Of a stretch of 64,000 bases of DNA, positions 29,392 to 39,120 are shown piece after piece (within the stretch, counting starts at the first letter, position 1; each line of letters begins with the position of its first letter). Source of the DNA: Candidatus Latescibacterota bacterium (GTDB taxonomy: Bacteria > Latescibacterota > UBA2968 > GCA-2709665); NCBI GenBank assembly GCA_965116875.1, contig OZ220733.1:3040001-3104000 (forward strand), in the 5' to 3' direction. The position numbers and the translations under genes are program-made. A model generated the notes under the pieces. It ran no database searches. It saw only the letters and a program-made list of their open reading frames with translations, and was not told the origin of the DNA.

Positions 29392-31304
29392 TAACGCATC
29401 GGTCCGCGGCCGTCAATAAGGATGTCTACGGGATGGGACAGCTGGACGAGGTCTTCGATATCAAACTGCTCGAGCAGGCCGAAACAGAACGAAACGGGCT
29501 CCCGCGTGTAGTCCACGCTCCAGTCGATGAGCCTGCGGAGGGTGTCGGGCAGGTTTGCGCTCAAAGCGTCGATGCCCCGGGGCCGCAGGGCCGCCGCGCA
29601 CAGGGCGATCAGCCCGGTGGAGAGGCCGTGTGCGTTGATGCTGAGCGAACCCACGCCGGCAGCGGACTCGATCCAGTGCCGTAGGGCCAGCAATTGCGCG
29701 GTACAGATGCCCAGGGGACGGTCGCCCGCGGCGGCGATGCACTCCATAAACAGGTAATGATAGTCGCCGTCCGCGATCACCTGTTCGCCAAATGCCAGCA
29801 GGTCGGCTGCGAAAACGCGTTTGCCGGCCTCAAGCGCATTCTTTACAGCCCTTGCCGCGCCGGCCCGGCCGTTTTCCGGGAGGACAAGCAGGACTTCGCG
29901 CGATCCCGTCGGATCGAATTCGGTGATGGGGACGTTCCAGCGGTCCATTTTCAGAAGATGGTGCGAGATCCTTGTCCCCGCCAGCGTCCGCGACTTGAGA
30001 GCGGTTTGCGATTCCACCGTGTACGCGGACGGCAGGCGCAGTACCCTGGCAAGACGTCTCCGGTCCTGCTGCCTTGAATCGGCGGTCGAACGTTTCACGG
30101 GCAGGCGCCCGGCGAGGTCGGCGGCGATAGAGAGGAACGTGGGATTGTCCGGCGGCAGCCCCACGTTGAGTTCCCATTCCGTGCGGATTTCGTCTTCGCA
30201 CGGGATGTCCTCGGTGGAGATATCGAGGGTCCACGCATTCTTCAGGAACTTGTAGAGTCGCTCGCGGATATCTTTCTCGTAGTTATGGGTGCCCGGGTCT
30301 TTGTTTGCGTAGAACGCGATATTCCTGGGAACGCCGAGTTTCTCGTAAACCTTTCGAGCGGGTGAATAAAGGGCGGGCCGCATGAATTCCGGGCGAAAAA
30401 TACCGTCGTTGACGCTGTGAACAAGCAGCGCCGGACGGGGCGCGAACATCGCCGTGAGGGTGTCGTAATCGGCCACGGTGCACAGATCCACGGGTGTCTG
30501 TTCCAGGTCGCCGTGGTCCTGCCACCGCCTGGTCGCGCGATGCCAGATCGGGGAGTGTCCCGATACCGGCACGGAAACGCCGATGCGTTCGTCCAGTGCG
30601 GTGAGCACCGCCGTCTGCCATCCGCCTCCCGAGAGACCGGTCATGGCCACCCTGTCGGGGTCTGCGTGTTCGTGGTCGAGCAGAACGTCCAGGCCGCGTT
30701 TCATGGCCAGGTACATGGCGCTGACACCGGCGACGCCGCACAGGTCGACGTGGGCCTGCTGCATGTGGTTGAGCGAGCCCTGTAGTTCGCCCATCCCGAT
30801 GAATTCGAAGTTCAGGGCGAGCATGCCGCGCCTAGCCAGGTTGATGCACCGCGCCTGCTTGTAGTCCATGGCCTTCCCGCCCCGATGGTGGCCGTTGGGA
30901 TTGAGCACGACCGGCGCCTTCCCCCGGAGATTCTCGGGCTCGTACAGCAGCGCGGGGATCCGCATGCCCGGATACCCCTCGTAATGGCATTTCCGGATGC
31001 GGTAGCCGTTTCCCTTGAGAACACCCTTCCAGCGAACGTCCGGCGGGCGATCGTTGACGTCCGGATCGAGTCCCGTCAGGTAGACTTTCTTCAGGAGGTC
31101 CCTGCGAATCCGGGCGGTCCGCTTCTTCCATTCGTCCGGGGATTCAGGGATTTCGAGGCGCGGCAGCTTTTCCGCATAGTAATCCATCATAATGCGGGTA
31201 TGCCGGTTGCGCAGGAGTTTTCGCGAAAGCGCGTGCGCGATCTGACTGGACGTGAGAGACATGGAGATGGTTCCGGGGCGTCCGGGCGCAAGGGGTTCCG
31301 GCAA
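29391..31304 (-). CDS. alpha/beta hydrolase, acetylxylan esterase-like (start may be 31262)
   Basis: PVVLNPNGH, MTGLSGGGWQT nucleophile elbow, FAPRP, GTHNY. Confidence 0.82.
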   Translation of the reverse strand: MPEPLAPGRPGTISMSLTSSQIAHALSRKLLRNRHTRIMMDYYAEKLPRLEIPESPDEWKKRTARIRRDLLKKVYLTGLDPDVNDRPPDVRWKGVLKGNGYRIRKCHYEGYPGMRIPALLYEPENLRGKAPVVLNPNGHHRGGKAMDYKQARCINLARRGMLALNFEFIGMGELQGSLNHMQQAHVDLCGVAGVSAMYLAMKRGLDVLLDHEHADPDRVAMTGLSGGGWQTAVLTALDERIGVSVPVSGHSPIWHRATRRWQDHGDLEQTPVDLCTVADYDTLTAMFAPRPALLVHSVNDGIFRPEFMRPALYSPARKVYEKLGVPRNIAFYANKDPGTHNYEKDIRERLYKFLKNAWTLDISTEDIPCEDEIRTEWELNVGLPPDNPTFLSIAADLAGRLPVKRSTADSRQQDRRRLARVLRLPSAYTVESQTALKSRTLAGTRISHHLLKMDRWNVPITEFDPTGSREVLLVLPENGRAGAARAVKNALEAGKRVFAADLLAFGEQVIADGDYHYLFMECIAAAGDRPLGICTAQLLALRHWIESAAGVGSLSINAHGLSTGLIALCAAALRPRGIDALSANLPDTLRRLIDWSVDYTREPVSFCFGLLEQFDIEDLVQLSHPVDILIDGRGPMR

Positions 31305-31313
31305 GCGCGCCGG

Positions 31314-32369
31314 TCAGTTCAGCGAATAGGTCACATACGGGTTCTGACAGGGGTTGTTCCTGCTCACGTGCATGCGGCCTGCATCGGTTTCAATGATCAC
31401 GGAGAACGCGGTCGCCCAATACCCGGTCGTGGGATGATCGTTGGGATGACGGCAGATGGAGGTGGGATGGTCTTCATGATCGCTCAGGGCGGCCTTCATG
31501 CTCTCGATTGCAAAGGGCCGTTCCATTTCATTGAAGAGTTTCTGGATCCGGATCTTCCTTCCGCCGGACTGGATGAGTTCGGGGAAGACGTCGTTGTTGT
31601 GTATCAGTTCCGGATGCTCGCAGTGGTTGGTATGGGTCACCAGGCCCACGCCGTCGTCCCGGATCACGTGTACGTTCTCCAGCGTCACCTCCAGGTCCGC
31701 CGGCCCCTGCGGCGTGGAGAGGATGATGTTGGCAGGGATGGCGCGCCTGGCCCTTCGCACCGCCTGTACAGCGTCTTCCATGGTGGCGGTCTCGTAAATG
31801 CCCCGGACCGTGAAATAGTGCGGCACACCCACAGGACGGGAGGGCGCAGGCAGGGTATTCAGGCAAAGCCCGATCCCCTCGCTGTTCAGGCCGATATAGG
31901 CGATGATGCCGGCCTGGGTGATATTCAGCACGGCGGGCTTGCCTTCGGGGCGGCGGGTGAGGACGATGGTAAAGGGGTTGAGGCCCGGGTCGTTGTCCCA
32001 GTTCTGGCCCACGATGTTGCCCGTTCCGGCGGGTCTGTTGACAGAAAAGGAAGTACAGCCGGAGTCCACTTCCGCCTGAAGCTGATTGCGGACCTGGAGC
32101 ATCATGAGATTGTCCAGCGAGACACCCGAGGACTCCGACATGCCGCGCATCTCTTCGAGCATATGGGGCGCGTATCCCTCCACGTACGGAATGCAGTCCC
32201 TGGCGACGGCCATCGCCCGCTCGACGGAGACGTTGACGCTCTTGTTCACGCGTTCAAGGGCGATGTCCGCAAAGCCCCTCACTTCCTCGCGGGCGGCCTC
32301 GCCGATCTGCCGGCCCATCTCATACGGCGAACCGGCGACTTCGATCTCACGGTATCGTGTGTCTGACAT
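31314..32369 (-). CDS. C45 family autoproteolytic acyltransferase/peptidase
   Basis: GCTSF, GQNWD, GLNSEG, THTNH. Confidence 0.9.
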   Translation of the reverse strand: MSDTRYREIEVAGSPYEMGRQIGEAAREEVRGFADIALERVNKSVNVSVERAMAVARDCIPYVEGYAPHMLEEMRGMSESSGVSLDNLMMLQVRNQLQAEVDSGCTSFSVNRPAGTGNIVGQNWDNDPGLNPFTIVLTRRPEGKPAVLNITQAGIIAYIGLNSEGIGLCLNTLPAPSRPVGVPHYFTVRGIYETATMEDAVQAVRRARRAIPANIILSTPQGPADLEVTLENVHVIRDDGVGLVTHTNHCEHPELIHNNDVFPELIQSGGRKIRIQKLFNEMERPFAIESMKAALSDHEDHPTSICRHPNDHPTTGYWATAFSVIIETDAGRMHVSRNNPCQNPYVTYSLN

Positions 32370-32393
32370 TCGGACCTCCTTGGAACCTGAAGG

Positions 32394-32528
32394 CGGGAGA
32401 GGGGAGAAGAAATGCGGGGAGACGGTAGAAGAAGCCTTTGCCCGGTATCTTATTCCTTCTCGCCTCCGGCACGATTAGAAACCTCACAAGGCAGGTAATC
32501 TCTACCCTCTCCCGTCTTCCGTCTCACC
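32394..32528 (+). repeat. ~125-bp dispersed structured repeat, copy 3
   Basis: TTGCCCGGTA...CGCCTCCGGCA...CTCACAAGGCAGGTAATCTCTACCC. Confidence 0.85.
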
Positions 32529-32584
32529 AGGTGGTGGGGCGGGGTGTGGTCCTCTCCCCTCTCCCGTCTGACGTCTACCCGCTT

Positions 32585-33823
32585 TTATCGGTTTCTTTCC
32601 GCCACTTCCCTTACGATCTGTGCGGCGAGTTCGCAGTGTTCGGGTTCATAGCGTTCACAGAAGGATGACCAGCGTACGAAGGATTCCAGAAAGCGCTGTG
32701 CATTGGGGCACGTATCGCCGTTGTACGAATATTCCCTGGAAGCAGGGGGCATCGAAAAAGGATACGATCTCTGCTCCGCCTTTTCGGCGAGGAAGGGCAG
32801 TGCAGGGGGCATCAGGTAGTAACGACCCGTGCCCGCGCCCGGGATACCGCCTTCCGCGACCTGCTGCGCAAACGAATCGGGGGTACAGGCGAATGCCTCC
32901 GGATCCACGCTGAAGCCTGCCATCCAGCAGGAGTAGACGTCCATGTATTCCGGGATCGGCAGCGGGGTGATGCCCGGAATCTCTTCCAGCATCTCGGCCA
33001 GCAGACGGATCATCCGGTCCCGCTGTTCCACGTTGGGGCGGATGATTTCGAGTTGCGCCAGGGTGACGGCGGCGGTGCATTGCGGCATGCGGTGGGCGAA
33101 TCCGGCCACGACGTGCTGCCGCCCGAATCCCTCGAGCATCTGGCCGCCGCGGCTGTGGCCGATGAAACGCATACGCTCGGCGAGTTCGCCGTCGTTGGTC
33201 ACCACGCAGCCGCCGATATCCGAACCCATGGTTTTCTCGGAATCGAAGGAGAACGCGCCGGCGGTGGACAGAGACCCGGCGAACCGGCCCTTGTATTCTC
33301 CAAAGACGGCCTGGCAGGCGTCCTCGTAGACGATGAGACCGTGCTCTTCCGCGAGTTCCACGATGGGATCCATATCGCAGATCGTGCCGGTCATGTGTAC
33401 AACCAGAATGGCGCGGGTACGATCCGTAATGCAGGGCGCAATGGTCTCGGCGCTGCTGATCATCGTTCCGGCGTCCGTGTCCGCGAAAACGGGGATGTAG
33501 TTCTCCCGGATGATCCCCTGGACGGTTCCGTAGTCCGTTACCGAACTCACGATGATTTCATCACCGGGATCGAAGTCCAGCGCGCAGGCCAGAACGGCCA
33601 GAGCGGGCGTGCAGCCTGGCGTGGCAATGCAGTGTTCCACGCCCATTTCTTCCGCGAACGCGTCTTCGAATCGCCCGATCATGTTGCACGTGAGACCCGA
33701 GTCGACCACCTCCTGGAGATAGGCCATCGCGTTGGGTCCGACGGTGCGCGGAAAGGGCTGGGGCAGCGTGCCCGCGAGCCCCGCGGCGGCATCCGCGCCG
33801 AATCTTGCCCGTTCGATGCTCAT
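32585..33823 (-). CDS. DegT/DnrJ/EryC1/StrS family PLP aminotransferase
   Basis: EDACQA and FSFDSEKTMGSDIGG (PLP Lys). Confidence 0.92.
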   Translation of the reverse strand: MSIERARFGADAAAGLAGTLPQPFPRTVGPNAMAYLQEVVDSGLTCNMIGRFEDAFAEEMGVEHCIATPGCTPALAVLACALDFDPGDEIIVSSVTDYGTVQGIIRENYIPVFADTDAGTMISSAETIAPCITDRTRAILVVHMTGTICDMDPIVELAEEHGLIVYEDACQAVFGEYKGRFAGSLSTAGAFSFDSEKTMGSDIGGCVVTNDGELAERMRFIGHSRGGQMLEGFGRQHVVAGFAHRMPQCTAAVTLAQLEIIRPNVEQRDRMIRLLAEMLEEIPGITPLPIPEYMDVYSCWMAGFSVDPEAFACTPDSFAQQVAEGGIPGAGTGRYYLMPPALPFLAEKAEQRSYPFSMPPASREYSYNGDTCPNAQRFLESFVRWSSFCERYEPEHCELAAQIVREVAERNR

Positions 33824-33859
33824 GGTTCATCCTTTCCGGCAATTCATGCTGGCGGAGCG

Positions 33860-34612
33860 TTATTTCTTCGGCTGCGAAGCGTACATTTCCTTCGAATAGA
33901 CGTGCGGCTGTATCTCGGGGTTCGCGGCGTCGATCATGCCCTGAAGGTATTCTACCGTTTTCGCGACCGCAGCCTCAACGAGAATCTTCCCCAGTTCTTC
34001 GGTCGCTTTCGTGGGCTCCCGGTTCTCCTGGTCCTGCATGGCTTCGTGCCGGATGTTCTCCGGGCAGATGACCATGGCCATGGCGGTCTCGTATTCGCCC
34101 GCGTGGCCGGGCACCCTGCTCGTGCAGTGCTGCTCGGCGATTTCACGGCTCAGATTCCAGTAGGAGTGGAATTGCACGTTGGCTTCCGGTGCGGTGAGCT
34201 GAAAGAAAAGTTGCCACTGCCGGAGGATGCCCATCATGGGCGCCTCGTTACCGCCGTGTCCATTGAGAATGAGTACGTTTTTGACGCCGTGGCGCACCAG
34301 GCTCTCAACGGCGTCGAAAAGTACGGACAGCCAGCTTCCGGGTTTTGCAGTGACGGTTCCTTTATGGATCATATGATGTTCAGAGATACCGACCGCCATC
34401 GGCACGTTCACGACAACATCGGGGTAGAGCCTTCCGGCGGCTTCGGTAGCCACGTACGTCGCCGCACGGATGTCATACTCCATAGCCAGGTGCTCGAGGT
34501 GCTGTTCATTGCTTCCGGTGGGAATGATGGCGGTTCCGAATCGACCGGCTTCCAGGGCTTCCCGGAATTCTCTCCGGGTGAATCTGGCCAGCGCGACTTC
34601 CTGGTTAGGCAT
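33860..34612 (-). CDS. creatininase family amidohydrolase
   Basis: PTGSNEQH, GISEHH, NGHGGN, GHAGEYET. Confidence 0.93.
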   Translation of the reverse strand: MPNQEVALARFTRREFREALEAGRFGTAIIPTGSNEQHLEHLAMEYDIRAATYVATEAAGRLYPDVVVNVPMAVGISEHHMIHKGTVTAKPGSWLSVLFDAVESLVRHGVKNVLILNGHGGNEAPMMGILRQWQLFFQLTAPEANVQFHSYWNLSREIAEQHCTSRVPGHAGEYETAMAMVICPENIRHEAMQDQENREPTKATEELGKILVEAAVAKTVEYLQGMIDAANPEIQPHVYSKEMYASQPKK

Positions 34613-34852
34613 TTGGGTTCTCCTTTTGGGACCTGGGATCTCTGTTCATTCGACGGGTGCTGTCCAGGTGAGCCGGCACACGGGCACTTCGACAAGCTCA
34701 GTGACCACGTTTCGGTAGGCTCAAATACCACTCTGACAAGCTGAGCCGCTTCTAACGGAGGATGTAAACGAAAGGTTCCTCACCGTAACGAAAAGGGGTT
34801 CAAACCGGACCGTGGATGACGTGTTAGTGACACCCGGATTGCGGGACCGGAT

Positions 34853-36148
34853 TCAAATCGCTGTCTTCAGACGGGCAAAGTGGATGGTGTCGTCCAGCAC
34901 GATCAGGGCCATATACGTCGTCACATCGGTACGGGATTCATCCAGACCTGCAAGGACCCCGCGGAACCAGGCGCGCCGCTTCTCGTTCCAGGGTTCGATC
35001 GTGCCGATATCACTGTTGAAATCGCGGATTTCGGAACTGGTCTTTCCGTGGTTTTCGTTGAGCCAATCGAAGATCTCTCCGTCCGTTCGGCCCGCCCTGA
35101 TGAGATCGGTTAAGTCGACCATGGCAAACCCGTAAAACTCCGCGATCTTCTTGTCCAGCCCGGATTCTTCCGCGTACTTGTATTGACCCAGCAGATCGTG
35201 GATTGCCGCCCTGCCCTTGTCGATCATCCGGGCCAGGCCGAAGAGACCGCCCACGGAAGCGTCGTACGGGCTTCTGGGCGGATGGCGGGTCAGATCCACA
35301 ACGCCGAATGACACCTCGTCATCCACGTCGAGCAGGTCGAACCAGGTGGTGATGTCGGTGCGGTTTGGCGCGGCGTTCGCGAGCGCAGCCTTGAAGATCG
35401 CGCATTCCTTGATGTCTTCCGGGCCTTTTCCGGCTATTCGATGGTTGAATTGCGATATTTCGCCTGAATGCGCGCGGGTGTGTTCCCGAACCCAGTCCCC
35501 TAGCTCCACGTCGTTCGGGTTCCGGTAGGCGGCATCCTTGAAGTCCTCCGCCGTAAAGCCGAAGCAGTCGGTGATGGCCTGGTCGATCGGGCAGTTGTAG
35601 ATGTACTCGCCGGGGGTCCCTGCCATTTCCGCGCGGGCCTTGTCCGCCATCCGCGCCAGGCCGAAGATCCCCGCGACGTCCCGGCGGTACGGGGACCGCG
35701 GCGCCCTTTGCGAGAGGTCCACGTCTCTGAAGTTGGCCCAGTCGTCCAGTTCGATGGACTGGAATACGGTGACGATGTCGGTTCTGCCAGGCGCGAATTT
35801 CTCGATGCGGTCCTTCAGCCGCTGTTTGCCCGCCTCGTCGTCCGGCTCGCGCTGGAGATGATACCGATTGAAGGCGTGGATCTCCTCGTCCGTACGGTCC
35901 GAAACCTCCCGTATCCAGCGTCCGAGATCAGAATCGCCATAACGCCCGGCGGCGTCGGCAAAGTCTTCGTGCGAGACGCCCAGAAAATCCAGCAGAATCT
36001 TGTCCAGGCCCGAATCGTCGCCGTACAGGAATTCACCCAGCGTACGGTAGTTGTATGCGCGGGCCTTGTCCGTCATCCGGGCGAGGTTGACGATTCCGGC
36101 GATTGAGACGTTGGAAGGGCGGCGCGGCGGTTGGCGGCTCAGGTCCAC
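34853..36148 (-). CDS. protein with three tandem DUF5069-like domains
   Basis: Three repeats of DL(S/T)xxxPRxP...GxxxLARMxDKxRA...G(E/Q)(F/Y)xY. Confidence 0.8.
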   Translation of the reverse strand: MDLSRQPPRRPSNVSIAGIVNLARMTDKARAYNYRTLGEFLYGDDSGLDKILLDFLGVSHEDFADAAGRYGDSDLGRWIREVSDRTDEEIHAFNRYHLQREPDDEAGKQRLKDRIEKFAPGRTDIVTVFQSIELDDWANFRDVDLSQRAPRSPYRRDVAGIFGLARMADKARAEMAGTPGEYIYNCPIDQAITDCFGFTAEDFKDAAYRNPNDVELGDWVREHTRAHSGEISQFNHRIAGKGPEDIKECAIFKAALANAAPNRTDITTWFDLLDVDDEVSFGVVDLTRHPPRSPYDASVGGLFGLARMIDKGRAAIHDLLGQYKYAEESGLDKKIAEFYGFAMVDLTDLIRAGRTDGEIFDWLNENHGKTSSEIRDFNSDIGTIEPWNEKRRAWFRGVLAGLDESRTDVTTYMALIVLDDTIHFARLKTAI

Positions 36149-36187
36149 GTGACTTCCTTTCTGCGCGAAATTTCACAACGTAAATTG

Positions 36188-36577
36188 CTACCATCTTGCA
36201 AGAGATATCGCCTCTATTTCATCAAAATGGGCGTCCCGGGCAACCAGAGTCAGCCGGTTTTGTACGGACTGTGCAGCAATCCATATATCATTCTCCGGTA
36301 TTGGGCGTCCCATCAGGCGAAGTTGATTCTTGATCGTACCATATTGACGGGCCGTTCCCAGATCACATCCGATCACGTTTGAAGTGGATGCCAGGTCATT
36401 TATGCGTTCCAGGTTGGAAATCACTCGAGTCGATTTCTCCGCACCGTAATACAACTCGCCCAAAACAACGTTGGAAATAAAGACCTCGCCCGCTTCGCCA
36501 AGTTGCCGCTGGATGTTTTGTTCATTGGCAAAAAGAGCTATGACGATCGTAGTATCCAGCAGATATCTACCATTCAT
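36188..36577 (-). CDS. vapC: VapC family PIN-domain toxin
   Basis: YLLDT, GELYYG, PIPENDIWIAA, RDAHF. Confidence 0.93.
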   Translation of the reverse strand: MNGRYLLDTTIVIALFANEQNIQRQLGEAGEVFISNVVLGELYYGAEKSTRVISNLERINDLASTSNVIGCDLGTARQYGTIKNQLRLMGRPIPENDIWIAAQSVQNRLTLVARDAHFDEIEAISLARW

Positions 36578-36797
36578 TATAGTCTACTCGTTCGCAACCT
36601 CTTTCAATCGCCTGAGCTATTTCTTCAAGGTTTGCCTTGTCGATAGCACCAGCAAACCTCAGCAGGCATTCACCTGATATGCCGGGCGCTTGGTCATTGA
36701 CCAGCGAACGCGCGAATTCCAGGACACGTTCCTTCTGTGGAGTTGCCAACTTGTGGACCTCATCAAGGATATTTTTTTCTAAGGATGTCTCTGCCAT
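36567..36797 (-). CDS. putative antitoxin paired with VapC
   Basis: 76 aa, overlaps vapC start; VLEFARSL...LLRFAG...CERVDYNEW. Confidence 0.75.
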   Translation of the reverse strand: MAETSLEKNILDEVHKLATPQKERVLEFARSLVNDQAPGISGECLLRFAGAIDKANLEEIAQAIERGCERVDYNEW

Positions 36798-36867
36798 ATT
36801 CTTGCTCCAGCCACAACGATGGATATTGGGTGACCTACTTATGCATAATGGCCCTTCACGTTCGTCG

Positions 36868-37086
36868 TCAGTATCGAATGACCGTCGACTCGTACTCGAT
36901 CAACTCTTCTGCACAGGCGAGTGCCGTCCTCAGGTCCTCGTCCGTGATCGCATATTCCGTGCAGACCTCGTTCGGATCAGATCCGCCCGCGAGACTCCCG
37001 ATAACTCTATGTACAGGTACTCTTGTTCCCCTGATCACCGGTTTTCCATGACGAATTGACGGATCAATAACAATGCGATCGTTCAT
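36868..37086 (-). CDS. DUF433 domain protein
   Basis: RIVIDPSIRHGKPVIRGTRVPV; GGAGGAGG RBS. Confidence 0.88.
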   Translation of the reverse strand: MNDRIVIDPSIRHGKPVIRGTRVPVHRVIGSLAGGSDPNEVCTEYAITDEDLRTALACAEELIEYESTVIRY

Positions 37087-37237
37087 TTTACGGCCTCCTC
37101 CAATTCCAGGTGACATCCAGCCGACTAATGGGCCGCCCGCGCACCGATCAATAGTACGCAAACCCCCATGCAGTGTCAAGGAATCCGGAAAGTCACGACC
37201 GGTCTGTGATCGGTGCAAAGGATGCCGATGTTCAAAT

Positions 37238-37864
37238 TTACGTATTCATGCGGGTGAGCGTATCGCGGTCGTTGAGGAACGGGACGGACCGGTCCAGAAA
37301 GGCCTGCAGGAGGCTGTCCGGGGTCAGATCGGACGTATCGATTTCAAACTTGCGCATGATCCAGCAGGCGCTGTACTCCGCCTGGAATTCGTCCAGGATT
37401 TCCTGGACGTCGTCCCTGGGAACAACGTGATACGTATGGCGGTCCTCTTCCATGCGTCTTTCGATGACGTCGGCGCTGGCCTTGAGATGGACCAGGATGG
37501 TGTCCCGGGGCATCTCCGCTTCCCAGGCTCTCGGCGTTTCGGAGAGGCGGCCCACGGCGGGATAATAGTACCTGGGGCCGTAGATATACTCCTCGATATG
37601 AAACCCGCCCAGCAGAATGTGTTCGTATTTGTTGATCAGCCGGACGTGGTAGGCAAGCTGGAACCGCTGGTAGCGCTCCTTGATGGCTTCCGGCAGACCC
37701 AGCATGATCCGCTGATCGCCTTCGGTTTTGAGCATCTGGCAGTCGGGAATGCTGAAGTGGTCGTCCAGGTGATGGACGATGCCCCGTTCGCGCCCCCACT
37801 GCATGAGGCCGTCGAAAAGAGTTGTTTTTCCGGTGTATTCACAGCCGATCGCGATGATGCGCAT
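37238..37864 (-). CDS. P-loop nucleoside/nucleotide kinase-like protein
   Basis: IIAIGCEYTGKTT Walker A, LVHLKAS..VIERR, IDTS. Confidence 0.7.
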   Translation of the reverse strand: MRIIAIGCEYTGKTTLFDGLMQWGRERGIVHHLDDHFSIPDCQMLKTEGDQRIMLGLPEAIKERYQRFQLAYHVRLINKYEHILLGGFHIEEYIYGPRYYYPAVGRLSETPRAWEAEMPRDTILVHLKASADVIERRMEEDRHTYHVVPRDDVQEILDEFQAEYSACWIMRKFEIDTSDLTPDSLLQAFLDRSVPFLNDRDTLTRMNT

Positions 37865-37938
37865 GGCGAGATCTCCTTAATAAATCAGCCGACGCGTCCG
37901 TAAGACACGATGAGGCATGACGTGTTGTGATGCAAGAT

Positions 37939-38070
37939 CGGGTAGACGTAAGAGGTGAGACGATAGAAGAAATCATCGCCGGGTATGTTATTCCTCCTTG
38001 CCTTCGGCAAGAAAAGAATCCTCACGAGGCAGGCAATCTCTCCCCTCTACCGTGACTTACGTCTCACCCG
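37939..38070 (+). repeat. ~125-bp dispersed structured repeat, copy 4
   Basis: TTCCTCCTTGCCTTCGGCAAG...CTCACGAGGCAGGCAATCTC; overlaps cutC stop codon. Confidence 0.85.
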
Positions 38071-38834
38071 GTGGTCGTTGTGATGGGCGAGGTAACGGCC
38101 TGGATGAAGGCGCTGACGCGGATGACGTCGGTGACGTCGATTGAGAATTCCGGGGGGCGAAGCTCGCCGCCCATGAAGGCATTCGGATTGCGGTACGTCA
38201 TCCGGCCGGGAACGCGGCTCCCGGCGGCGACGTGAATTTCACGCGCGCCGGTGCCGGCGATCACCTTCGCGACGTTGCGTTCCGAAATGCCGCCGCCGGG
38301 CATGATCACGATGCGGCCGGCGGCCTTCTCGATCAACCCGGCAATGAGGTCGACCCCTTCCAACGCCGAAACTTCCTGACCCGAAGTGAGTACCCGGTCC
38401 ACGCCCAGCGAAATCAGGTGGTCCAGCGCCCGGTGGGGATCGGAGGTCATGTCGAACGCCCGGTGGAACGTCACCGGAAGCGGGCGGATGCGTTCGATGA
38501 GAGCGCCCGTGCGCTCCACGTCGATCGATCCGTCCGGATTCAGAATGCCGATCACAATCCCGTCCGCGCCCCCTTCGGCGGCCGTTTCGACGTCGCGAGC
38601 CATGGTTTCGAACTCGACTTCGGAATAGCAGAAGTCGCCTCCTCGCGGGCGTACGATCACGTTGAGACCGATGTCGATATGCTTGCGGGCAACATGAATG
38701 GCGCCCGCGCTGGGGGTGGTGCCGCCCTCGATCAGATTATCGCACAGCTCCACGCGGTGGGCCCCGCCTTCCTGTGCGGCGACGGCGCCCTGCGCGGAAC
38801 CGACGCAGATTTCAAACAGTACCGGCGTGTTCAA
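38064..38834 (-). CDS. cutC: copper homeostasis protein CutC
   Basis: RVELC...EGGTTPS, RPRGGDFCY, TFHRAFD, RVLTSG. Confidence 0.96.
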   Translation of the reverse strand: MNTPVLFEICVGSAQGAVAAQEGGAHRVELCDNLIEGGTTPSAGAIHVARKHIDIGLNVIVRPRGGDFCYSEVEFETMARDVETAAEGGADGIVIGILNPDGSIDVERTGALIERIRPLPVTFHRAFDMTSDPHRALDHLISLGVDRVLTSGQEVSALEGVDLIAGLIEKAAGRIVIMPGGGISERNVAKVIAGTGAREIHVAAGSRVPGRMTYRNPNAFMGGELRPPEFSIDVTDVIRVSAFIQAVTSPITTTTG

Positions 38835-39120
38835 TCTTCACCTCCGTCATTGATGTCAGGGGACCTCCGAAAACGGGACTGAAACCCTTCGAAAGCGGCG
38901 ACAGGAATTAACCTCAATTCGAATAAAGACAACCGTTCATTTACCACAAAAAGCACGAAAGGCACAGAAGGTGACAGTGCCAAAACCGGGTATTGAGGTC
39001 GTACAAATGGATGAAATTCACCCTCACATCCAGTGACCTCAAGAAACCGGGACCTTTGACGTCATTTCGCCCTTGTTCTTCTGTATTTATTCGACATTAA
39101 AGTCCCGGCAAATTTACGAA

